Shown here piece by piece: positions 12,667-24,024 of a stretch of 64,000 bases of DNA. A model generated the notes under the pieces. That model saw only the letters and a program-made list of their open reading frames with translations, did not search any database and was not told the DNA's origin. Origin of the DNA: Balanoglossus misakiensis (Eukaryota > Animalia > Hemichordata); contig CM082588.2 in the NCBI GenBank assembly GCA_040954595.2, positions 6,460,202 to 6,524,201 on the forward strand, written 5' to 3'. The translations under genes and the position numbers were made by a program. Numbering within the stretch: position 1 is the stretch's first letter; each line of letters begins with the position of its first letter.

Positions 12667-15600
12667 ATGGAATCGCGTAACTATTTTTCACTGTTCCTCC
12701 CTTTATTCTTCAGTTTAGTCAGTGTTTCAAATAGTATCAATGACGGTCCATTGACTCTGTTGATTTCTTTCGATGGTTTTCGTTGGGACTACCTGAATAA
12801 GGTGGAAACACCAAATTTCGACCAGCTGATCGCGAACGGCTCCTTTGTCCCTGAGGGTATCATGGCCACCTTCATCACTAAAACCTTTCCGAATCACTTT
12901 ACCATCGCAACCGGTCTGTACGAGGAAAGCCACGGTATAGTTGCCAACAATATGTACGATCCAGAGCTCAAGGATCATTTTGTGATCGGCACGCCGGATA
13001 GCGTGAGCAGCAAGTGGTGGGATGTTGGAGCTGAGCCGATATGGGTGACGAACCAGATGCAAGGAGGAAAGACTGGGGTTTACTACTGGCCTGGGAGTGA
13101 AGCTGAAATAAAAGGCGTTCGGCCCGATCACTTTTTGAACTACAGCAACACAACGCCGTTCAAAGAGCGCGTTGACGGAGTGATCAACTGGTTCACCCTT
13201 GAAGAAGATCCCGTAAATTTAGGTTTGTTGTACTTCAACGAGCCAGATCACAGTGGACACCAATTCGGCCCGGAGTCGCCGGAAATTCTGGATGTCATCA
13301 AAATGTGTGATGATACGATTGGGTATTTAATCCAGAGATTGCAAGAAGTTGATCTGTATGATAAAATGAATATTATCATCACCAGTGACCATGGTATGGC
13401 TGAACTGTCCGAAGATCGCGTCATTCAACTGATAGATTACGTGAATGTGGATCTGTTCGATTTAGTGGATTCGAATCCTATCGCTGCAATTTATCCATAT
13501 GATGGTGAGTAGTTATACTAGTTCAATTTATTAAAAAATAACAGGGCGGACGTTTTAATGGCATGTTTACTTCATTTTCAAGGATTATGCCATACTGGAT
13601 CAAGCCTGTTCATTCTTGCCTAGCGTTGTACATTTCTTTCTCTTGTAACCTACATCTGTATGTTATGGTGATGTTGGTGTACAATGATATGTTTCTAAGT
13701 CGACTTGCATGATAACCTTGGCTATAGACCAAACAAAATCATCTTTAATTAAACCAAACATGTTGTAAAACCTTTGCTAAATCTGTTTATCATTATTGAA
13801 CCAGCATACTGTACTACTGAAAGAAAATTCATATGATATTTGTTTGTTTTTTATATGACCTCAGCTCGTAACCTTCTGACCATCTTCAACGCCCTGGCAA
13901 AGGCCCATCCTAATATGACTGTATACCTTAAAGACAACATACCCGACCATTTCCACTACAAACACAGTCGCCGGGTAATGCCAATTATTGCTGCCGCTGA
14001 TGAAGGCTGGAGTCTCGTCCAGAATAAAACTGAGTGGTTGGCTTCAACAGGTGAGATTGAATTTTGTTGTTCATAGTAATTGACATGAATGAATGGACAG
14101 TGTTTCAGTTGTTGAATTGCCAGAATTTGGCAATTTATACCTTCTCTTACTCTGTGCCCTAAATACTGAGAGTTGTACAAGAATCTGGGGTGGATATACA
14201 GAACAAAATCGCCAAAAGTACTTTCACTAAATGGAGCTTTACAATAGTCTACTCTGAGAGGCGGTAATATAATCCACTGCCAGCATACTCATTTTGGGGG
14301 GCAAGCATTTCCTTGTATGACCTTTTTCTGGTAATGTAAATGGCTCACCAGTAATTGTACAATGTACTTAATTTAACACTTTATTTTAAAACATTGATGC
14401 CTGCATATATTCTAAAACTCATTTACACGTACCAGACAACAGAACCCGTTCAATTCAATTATATGTATTTTTCAACAGCTGGTGATCAGTTTCAGTAGAC
14501 AACAGAATGACTCATAGCTCTAGCAAATAAAAGCAGTTGTTGACACATTTTCAGAGAGCGAGCTGATCAGAGTATCATGTGACCGGGTCAATTTTGAGGC
14601 AGCTGAATTGAATAAATAAATGTGTTTACAAGATGATTTCCCTCTCTTTACCGTAATCCTTAACATGTCATGGCAAGTTTTAGACTAACATTTATCATTC
14701 TATAAATAGTATACTGCAAATTATTCTAGATTGTAAATTGGAAAAAACTCAGCTCTGATTTTCTACCAAAAAATTATAATTATAGGTGAGACCTGGAGTT
14801 TTAATGGACCATGGTACTAGTACATGTAGAACCATGTGCAGAAATGCACATAGAAATATGCATATATCGATGTACATATTTAGCCACACGTATGTTTGTA
14901 TTTAATCCAGAGACTTCTTCAGTGTCCCTTTTTTTCTGTAGAACACTAGATTATTCAGCAAGCAATACTTTATGATGAAATAGTCCTATTATATTCTGTG
15001 AAAGCATACAATGTAATTACATTACAATGAAGAAGGCAGGACTATATCATGCAAATTCTAGGTTTAACAATGGCTAATCTTTCCCAGTAAAATGTTATCC
15101 TTTCATCATCAGAATGACAATGGAAGTACAGAACAAAACATGTTACTACATACAAAACAGTGTCTGATTTTCATTTCCTGGTACGAAATACAGTATACCA
15201 TCTTGATTGACTGAAATGATGGTCTCTTTCAAAATGGTGATAAGGGTGTATGGGATAATTAACATATGTTACCATGGTGACTGGCAGGTCCATATGGTAG
15301 AGTGGTACTACAGTTGACAATTAATGTTTGTTTTTAATTGTGGCTTATGGCAGGCATTCTGTTCCTAAACACTCAGATTTTACACTGTAACATTAAATTC
15401 GGTGACATATGACCAACATTTTATGGGGTTACTGAGCCTGGCCGAGTGGTTTTGTCAAAAACGCAAAGTGTGTCGGTCCAGTGATTTCTATACTTTGAAA
15501 ATTTTGCATCTTTTCCAGGTACCAAGGGTGGCCATGGTTACGACAACCGATACAGATCAATGCACCCATTTTTCATCGCCCACGGCCCGGCCATCAAGAA

Positions 15601-16116
15601 GAATTTCACCCTGCCGCAGTTCAGCAACGTGGACATCTACCCACTTATTTGTAAAATCATGAATTTGAAAGCGGCGCCCAACAATGGCAGTTTGAAGATT
15701 GCTGGGGATATGTTAGCGAGTCACCAGCCGAGTCACCATGAGTTTGGAATAAAGATTTCAAAGAGGCTGATCATTGGTAAGCATGAAGGCCATAAGCTTC
15801 TCATCATTTATAGGTCTGTACTGAATCATAGACCTCTACTGAATCATAGGAAAAATGGTATCTTTCACCCCCAGTTCCCTCTATAGAGATCCAAGTTTAC
15901 CATATTAAGTATTGTGTTCTCGTAGCAAAGCCAATAAACATAATTTTTCTTTCCATTGCAGCTATGATCATTGCTGGAGGAATAGCCCTCATTGCTGCCA
16001 TTCTCTTGACTGGTATGTGCGTCCGACAGCGACAATATCGTCTCAAAGACTACGTCCCGGACGTGCCCGACAAGGAAAGCAGAACAGCTCTTCTGTCCGA
16101 AGCTGAAGAAGCTTAA
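12667..16116 (+). CDS. ENPP4: ENPP4/5-like ectonucleotide pyrophosphatase/phosphodiesterase, copy B; exons 12667-13504, 13865-14050, 15519-15776, 15962-16116
   Basis: Same catalytic motifs and intron positions as copy A; TM helix AMIIAGGIALIAAILLTGMCV and tail ending ESRTALLSEAEEA*. Confidence 0.9.
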
Positions 16117-16201
16117 CCCTTTCACCCCTAGTGCCCTGTTTAGAGGTCCGACTTTACTGCGGAGGACAATGGATTTTGACTGAACCATGGTGGTGAAAGG
16201 G
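16117..16201. mobile_element. piggyBac-like MITE (TTAA target-site duplication, CCCTTTCACC terminal inverted repeats)
   Basis: TTAA|CCCTTTCACC...GGTGAAAGGG|TTAA; related copies at 50919-50985 and 62833-62919, fragment at ~15862-15905. Confidence 0.85.
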
Positions 16202-18927
16202 TTAAACAGTTCGTCTGTCCCATCTCCGTACACAGGATTTGCAGGACAACCTTCACACCATGAGATCAAACACACGGACACCAGAAATGACTATGCACAT
16301 TCTCTGAACTATCGGTAGTGACCCCTCCACCCCCATTTTTCTCCGCAGAGACCCAACTTTACCACAGAATACAATTGGTTTGGACCAAACCATATCATAT
16401 CATTTTCCTCTTTTAGCAAAACAAGAAGGTAGTAAATATATGCAGGGGCTGTAGGCTCTCATATGGTACCGGTATAACCCAAGGTTCAATAAGCAGAGTG
16501 ATATATGGGAAACTGATAATATCAGCAGCTGTCATTTACATTCCAAAGGCACAGTGAGCGTGATTTATAAGCCTTCTCTTTTAGTTTCTAGTCGTGCAAT
16601 ATTTCAACTAAAGTGACTAAATATTAGATTTTTTCTTGCCAGTCTTCGGGTTTTCTCTTGTGGTAAACACAGCTTAAAATATCTATGACAGTGGTTAAAA
16701 ATAGACGTATATTTTTTTCAGTGGTAACAAACAACCCATGATGATGAACCTTGCTGTAGGACCCTGCTTCCACCCCCACCCCATGTTAATACTGCTCCTG
16801 AGATGAAAGACTAAAACGTTTTATATTTATATAAGGACTTTATTAAATCACTCATTACAGTTATTGGCGTACTGATTTTTTCTTACAAAAAAACTCCAAA
16901 AAGCACTACATCAAAGTGGTATTAGTGTGTGTGTATATGATAACGTAGATCATTGAAGAAATGTGTTGTTCAGACAGTTTTGTAGTTGTGAATTATTTTT
17001 TTTGCAAACATTCATAAGGTTTATATATAAAACAAGAAAATCAGCAAATTTTTGCACATGTTTCAATATAGAACACACTTTCTTAATATAACAGGTAGAA
17101 TTTCATAGAGTGACTCATAGAGTTTTAAAGTATGTAATTATTGCTCACTCTGACTTAATTATGATAACTGTACTATTGAATGATAATGTAATGCCAGTCT
17201 TTATTCTATCTATACCGGTTATGTCATATTGAATTCTTTTATATTCAAATCAGTTCCAAAACTGTTTAAACCCACCAGAAAGGTTTTGCAAAGTCAGGGG
17301 GGAAATTTGAGACTGATAAATTTAGAAACTAGATGTCAGATGTGTATAGAACTTAGGGAATATATTAATCTTTTTCAGTGTATAATGTGATTTTTTTCTG
17401 GTCAAGTGTATGGTCTGTCCATTGTGAAGTCACAACTGTAGTGTAGAAGTATTGTTGCATAGTTGCCGTGATACCTATTGGCTTTCCGGTTTACATCGCA
17501 CATTTCTGAAAACTTTACCTGAGATGAAAGTTCTTTTGGAGCCGGTGACGGGAGGGGTTTTGTTATCAGGCTTAATATTGCTGTGAAATTTTCTGATATA
17601 TTTATTAATTTATTTAAACTGGATCAGAAAGTTGTATGGATTTTCTGAAATCGTATTTCGTGAGATATGCAATAATAGGAAATGCTGTTCATATCCATTG
17701 TGTCATCTTGATTTGCATGTGTAGTAACAATGTAGTGTTGTTGGGTTTGCGATCAATATTCTCTTGCCAGCACTGATAATAAAAATTCAACCTTTGACCT
17801 CATATTCAAAGTGCCTATCCTATACTTACATACCTGCCTTACTCTTGTCTGAACTTTCACTTAAACACCAAATAGTTGTGTACATGAATTCTTTCACCTT
17901 GATTTCTACAGTTGCTTCTTTTTTCCTATAATGTTGAGCATTTTTCCATTTTTCAATTAGATAGTGGCAAGACCTCATTTTTTGTAGATTTCAGTACTTT
18001 TAGCATCAACCTGGTTGTATGCCCACAGACTTTGTTGTGATATGCTATTCACGAATTGAATAAATTCATTACAAAATAATGGGGACATACTGTGTGATAT
18101 TTCACTCTACATGATGAGAAAAGTTGATATACTGTAGTTGGACACACTGCATAAGATCAACAGATAGACAGAGAGACTGGTGGGATGATGGGCGATGGAT
18201 GGACAAAGAAATCCATGAATTTTACCAGCTTAGGGAACGAAGCACAAATTAAGTGGACTTGCAGAGTTGTATCTTATTTTACCAACAGAAACACATCACT
18301 AATTTGTTTACTTGAACATCAACATTGTATTTCAACGTTTCAAATCTGGTTTACAAGCATCCAAGGTTGTACAAGGCATTCATATATATCTTGCACTACA
18401 CATCAGTAATCCAATGAAATGAAAATTCTATGAACACAGTTCTTATAACAACATGATGTCAGTTGACTAGAGAGTATTCTCATATAATTCCCTTGATAAA
18501 AGTTGTTTGTTTGTATCAACACTAGTCTTCCACTGTGTTGTCATGGTAACAAGCAAAAAGAACAGAAATGCAGCATCAAGATCTTTCATGTGTCCTCTTT
18601 CATACATGTGGGGAGAGGTTGAATTTAAAAGGCTAAAATAAAATGGCTAACACTATGTAATTTTCTCTTTTATAGAGTCTAAAATCATCTCACTACTGAA
18701 TCAAAGTTATGGTTTAACATTCACAGGACCACACCCCTCTGTGGTGTCATTATTGATGGAACAAATTCATGCAGTTCTGTCATAGAATGTTATTATCCAA
18801 GGCACTTGATGGAATAAAAGTCTCTGGAAATATGTTCATAAAATATGATAATGTGTTTGATTAGTATGGGGGTTCAAGTACTTTCTGTTACTGTCTCACA
18901 CTTTCCATTGAACAGAAATTTCCGAGC

Positions 18928-20748
18928 TCACACGTATTCCACCTTTTTCCTTTTCCTTGTGGATCTCCTGGTCGCTACAGGTTCCGGTGTTTTCAGCACG
19001 GACGACTTGGGTTTCTTTTCCTTATCGAACGGAACCAGCGGGCTCTTCTTCACTTGCTGCTTGTATTCCTTGGGATCTTGCGCTGAGATCAGGGACAGGG
19101 CGAACTCCACTTTCTTCTTGTGAGGCGGTGTCACCAGGGATGCCGGGTCGATTTTGGGTGTCTTCTCCTCTGGTTCCTGGCTCAGTTTCTTGTAGCCTTT
19201 CCTCACAAGTGCCGATGGTACTGTCACCTTTTCAAACGGCTGCGTTTTTGCTGCTTTGGCGACACTGCTGCCTTCGTCGGTCGACATGTCCATCGAGTCG
19301 CTTCCGTCTCCCTTGCCTGATCTCTTTCTCGCGGCTCGTTTGCGGTGGCCACCTTTGCTTTCTATTGCCGGGACATCAATGGTGACGTCGGCTTCTGCAA
19401 CCTTTTCCTTCTGTACTTCATCTTTTCTCTCACCTGGAATGCTTTTCTCAGACCCCCGTCTTTTCTTGCCGGTTTTCTTCTTCTTCCTCACGGTTTCATC
19501 TTTGCTTTCTTCTGGTGTTGATGCTGCTGCGACAACCGTTTCCCTGGTTTCCAGTGGCTCTGCGTTCTTCCTCTTATTTGACTTCTTTCTGACCTTAGAC
19601 TTCGGAGAAAAATTCTCCAGATTATCGTTGTCAGAATCTTGACCCTCTTCCGATAATTTCTGTTTCCCTGACGTTTTATTCTCACGCCACTTCCTCCTCC
19701 TTCCTTTCTTCTGCTTCTTTCTGTTTTCTTCTCGTAACATTTCCTCCTCGTCAATCAGTTGTTGCAGCTTGATTTCGATCGCTTCAACCGGGTAGATTCC
19801 CTGGGCCAAATCTTGGAATTTCTTCACCATTACATATAACTTAGTTCTCATTTTTCTCAGAACTTTGGGGTCACTGGCGTACTTGTACAGGCAGTCTGAT
19901 ATGGCTTGATAGTCAAACGCTAACTTGACCTTTTTTGCTGGCTTCTTGCCTTTGGCATTTTCGTCCGGGGCGTCCCCTTCTTTCAAATCTGCCTGATCAT
20001 CATCATCGGGTGCTTTGCCTGTTTCCTCTTCATCCTCCTGTTTATCGAGCCCAACATCAGACTTGTAGATGATCCCCCTCCTGAAAACTTCACTCACCAC
20101 GTTTCTGAGGATGGCTAGTTTGGGGGTCTTGGCAGCCAGCTGGCAATAGGGCTCCACAAACTTCAACGTCTCTTGAGGTGACAGCTCCTTACCGCCTACC
20201 TTTGTCAGCTCGCCGAGGTAGATGTCTGTCACGTGAAATACCAGTCCATCTGGCATTTTATCAGGGTCCGGATTCAGCAGGCCGTTTTTCATCATCACTA
20301 CAAATGCATCAATGGCTTCAGGATCCCAGTCACGCCTCTTCAGCATTTCAAAGCTATGATATAAACATCTTCTTACCAGCATGTAGAACTTATCCAGGCG
20401 AAACCTGTCGATCCCGAGCCACTCTCTTCCCATCGTTTGATAGAAAGTGTCCACAAACATCAGTGCCGATGACGTAGTCTTGAACGCATGGATTAAATTG
20501 GCAATGGTTTCGGCCAAATCTTCCTGAATCAACGGCTTATCGCTCATCCACATGCAGTAGAACAGTCCCTTCCATATCTTCAAAAGATCCCCCTCGCTGA
20601 AAGTGTTTACGTCCGACTGAGATCGAACACTGATCCACTGCTTTAACTTCTTGACGGCTCTGTCGCGAGTTTTCTTCTCGTTTGCGGCCAGCCGTTGGGC
20701 AAAATGAACTTCTGCCGAGTATCCAGACTTCTCGCTGGACGCTGCCAT
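18928..20748 (-). CDS. RRP1: Ribosomal RNA processing protein 1 (RRP1/NNP-1/Nop52 family), intronless, ~606 aa
   Basis: Nop52 domain: FAQRLAANEKKTRDRAVKKL, KIWKGLFYCMWMSDKPLIQE, REWLGIDRFRLDKFYMLVR; basic/acidic tail with KKVEF (RVxF-like) and VPFDKEKKPKSSVLKTP; single uninterrupted ORF, likely start MAASSEK at 20748. Confidence 0.93.
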   Translation of the reverse strand: MAASSEKSGYSAEVHFAQRLAANEKKTRDRAVKKLKQWISVRSQSDVNTFSEGDLLKIWKGLFYCMWMSDKPLIQEDLAETIANLIHAFKTTSSALMFVDTFYQTMGREWLGIDRFRLDKFYMLVRRCLYHSFEMLKRRDWDPEAIDAFVVMMKNGLLNPDPDKMPDGLVFHVTDIYLGELTKVGGKELSPQETLKFVEPYCQLAAKTPKLAILRNVVSEVFRRGIIYKSDVGLDKQEDEEETGKAPDDDDQADLKEGDAPDENAKGKKPAKKVKLAFDYQAISDCLYKYASDPKVLRKMRTKLYVMVKKFQDLAQGIYPVEAIEIKLQQLIDEEEMLREENRKKQKKGRRRKWRENKTSGKQKLSEEGQDSDNDNLENFSPKSKVRKKSNKRKNAEPLETRETVVAAASTPEESKDETVRKKKKTGKKRRGSEKSIPGERKDEVQKEKVAEADVTIDVPAIESKGGHRKRAARKRSGKGDGSDSMDMSTDEGSSVAKAAKTQPFEKVTVPSALVRKGYKKLSQEPEEKTPKIDPASLVTPPHKKKVEFALSLISAQDPKEYKQQVKKSPLVPFDKEKKPKSSVLKTPEPVATRRSTRKRKKVEYV

Positions 20749-21713
20749 GTTGGATTGGGAAACACATGGGTTTTTCGACAACTACGCATGCGTAATCATA
20801 CTGTCTCAGCTGACCTTGCTGACCTGCAGCTGACCTCGCTGCACAGCGCCATCACAGACGTGATACGCCATAGTCCATTGTTTTTCTTTTTATAAACTAT
20901 TGCAGTAAACCGAGGACATTTGGAAACAGAACTTACAAATCAGTCATCAGAATTACATGGAAAGAAATGTGTCAACTGGATGACAATCCTATCGAGAGAA
21001 TTATTATTTATTTCTTTAAAGACGCACTACACATACCTCTCATTGCATTAATAAAGATTAAAATAAAAAATACAAGTAAAAGCTGAAACGATACAAATTA
21101 CAGTTAATTAAAATTCGCAAATAACATGTCTACTTCGTCTCTACGGTGGTCATTTTATCAACGTCGGCATAAAACCAAGTACCGTAGTTAAAGTGCTCAG
21201 ACATATCGGTTGTGTAACGACTAGCCGGTGGACTTCGACCGAGCGTCTCGGCCAGAGTGCGTGTCAACTTGGCCGAATTTCCACAACAGAGACCAATGTA
21301 TTGAACCCCAATACTCTTACACTGCTCGCCAAACCAGACGATGTCATCTTGGTTGCACCTCACACAGTCCAGGTTATCAGGGAATACACGTTTACCCGTA
21401 AATCAATTCACGTTTATGAACTTAGTAGAATTTGTGTTTTGCTATCGCACTGTTCCAATTTGAAGTTTGATTTCAAGTCAATGCAGTTACCTTTAGACTT
21501 TTCTCTCTGATACATATGTGCACGTATGCATACACTGAGAATCCTGTCTCGCAAATATCTCATATTATAGCCAGCCTGAGATCATTAAGCATTGATTTAT
21601 ACCTGATCTGGGGTCCGTAAGGCTCTGGAATGATGGTTCTTTCTCTGTTGTCCTGTAAGTCACGGGCAAGGCAGCGATTGGTATCTGGTAAGAGTGAGAA
21701 AAACGGAAACGAT

Positions 21714-23085
21714 TGCAGCGGTGCAAATAAGACTTGCACCGCTGCGGTGCGAATAAGAGTTCCCTGCTCCGCAACGATCTGACCGTTCTTTATTCACTCC
21801 TCGACGACAAAAACGTTTTATTACGGCCCAAATAACGACTTTTTCGCTCCTTGGTTTGTCATGCGGACAGAAAGAAACAGTTTTAGCGAGTTTATCTTTC
21901 CCTCTCCTGAGCACTCCGTATTCAGACTTGTCTAAGTGAACCGCGACAAAAAAAAGACCAAGTTTCCCTGCATGTTTCTTATACCCGTCAGATAAAAAAC
22001 GCAGCGTAGATATTGAAATGAATTGGATTTATGAAAATGATAAAAGTTACAATGATAATGTCGTTAAAAGTTCTCAAAAAAAAAAGAAATAGAAAAAAAA
22101 CTGGTCTCGAACCAACATCAGTTGACACCTTCAGGTAAAAGCCTAGCCTTCCTGAACCCTTCGCCACCACGACGTGTACTCGAAACAGTCGGAAATTCAC
22201 GCACTATATTGCAGCATAACTGCCATGATCTTATTTGCACCGCAGCGGTGCAAACTCTTATTTGCACCGCAGCGGTGCAAATAAGACTTGCACCGCTGCG
22301 GTGCGAATAAGAGTTCCCTGCTCCGAAACGATCTGACCGTTCTTTATTCACTCCTCGACGACAAAAACGTTTTATTACGGCCCAAATAACGACTTTTTCG
22401 CTCCTTGGTTTGTCATGCGGACAGAAAGAAACAGTTTTATCGAGTTTATCTTTCCCTCTCCTGAGCACTCCGTATTCAGACTTGTCCAAGTGAACCGCGA
22501 CAAAAAAAAGACCAAGTTTCCCTGCATGTTTCTTATACCCGTCAGATAAAAAACGCAGCGTAGATATTGAAATGAATTGGATTTATGAAAATGATAAAAA
22601 TTACAATGATAATGTCGTTCAAAGTTCTCAAAAAAAAAAAGAAATAGAAAAAAAACTGGTCTCGAACCAACATCAGTTGACACCTTCAGGTAAAAGCCTA
22701 GCCTTCCTGAACCCTTCTCCATCACGACGTGTACTCGAAACAGTCGGAAATTCACGCACTATATTGCAGCATAACTTCCATGATCTTATTTGCACCGCAG
22801 CGGTGCAAACTCTTATTTGCACCGCAGCGGTGCAAATAAGACTTGCAGCGCTGCGGTGCGAATAAGAGTTCCCTGCTCCGCAACGATCTGACCGTTCTTT
22901 ATTCACTCCTCGACGACAAAAACGTTTTATTACGGCCCAAATAATGACTTTTTCGCTCCTTGGTTTGTCATGCGGACAGAAAGAAACAGTTTTAGCGAGT
23001 TTATCTTTCCCTCTCCTGAGCACTCCGTATTCACACTTGTCCAAGTGAACCGCGACAAAAAAATGACAAAGTTTCAATGCCAGTT
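21714..23085. repeat. ~555-bp satellite array 1 (~2.4 units)
   Basis: CAAATAAGACTTGCA anchor at ~21724, 22278, 22835. Confidence 0.95.
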
Positions 23086-24024
23086 TCACCCATACAGTTA
23101 AGGTCAGCCGGGGGCAGTGATTGGAACTTTGACATAAAATAAACACTTTCCAAGTCACATGTCTAAAGAGTCGCGTGATTTGATCTTATAAATCGACTTT
23201 TAACCTCCATTCTCTGCGTCTGTAGGCTTGGTGCTCACAAATTCAAGATATTCCCGCATGGAAATATTTTGGGACGATCTTCAGTGAATGACGTACCTTT
23301 CACTTTACCTTGACCGTCAACAGCCATGTTCTAAGTGGCGCTCAACAACGACACAAGTTCGAGGCGAAAGACAGAAATCACAGCGGACAACACGACAAGG
23401 TGCCCTGCAGGATCGCTGTATCTTATCTGAAATCATTTCAATGTCATATCCCTTTCTACAAAACACCGAACATTAATCTTAGCGGCTACTGATAGCAGTC
23501 TTTCTGTGTCAAATAAAGTTCGAATCGTGGGTCGTTATACTAGTATTGGGGTGAGAGGCTGACCTTCATTTCATATTCTTACACGGGATGACAAAACATA
23601 TTCACGGCATGACTTGTGATGCGTATAAGAAAACGTGCATGTAATTTAGAAAACGAATCAGTCACACGTGGAGCTAACAACTAACTTTTATTTTCATCAA
23701 AGAAATTCGCCTGGTTAGCGTTTTCTCTGAGAGGGGTAGTCGCAAATGTAACATTGCAGCAATTTCATCAGGGTGAGTAAAAGATTCAACATTTGTAAAC
23801 TAATGAAATCAAATATTCTACAGTTCCTTTGCTATAGTCTCAGTGTTAATGCTCTTCAGGGATTTCTTCGTGCCGTATGCATAGTGCTCGGACATATCGG
23901 TTGTATAGCGACTCGCCGGCGGGCTTCGACCCAGGGTCTCCGCCAGGGTTCGCGTCAAATCCGCCGTGTTGCCGCAGCAGAGACCGACGACCTGGACCCC
24001 AATATTCTTACACTGCTCGCCAAA
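23075..24024. repeat. Segmental duplicate of ~26470-27419 (paralog exon 1 and promoter, BHMT 3' UTR, 3' part of the last BHMT exon)
   Basis: Near-identical sequence offset by ~3.4 kb with a 6-bp indel and a few substitutions; truncated last exon at 23818-24024 (GEQCKNIGVQVVGLCC...TIAKEL*). Confidence 0.92.
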
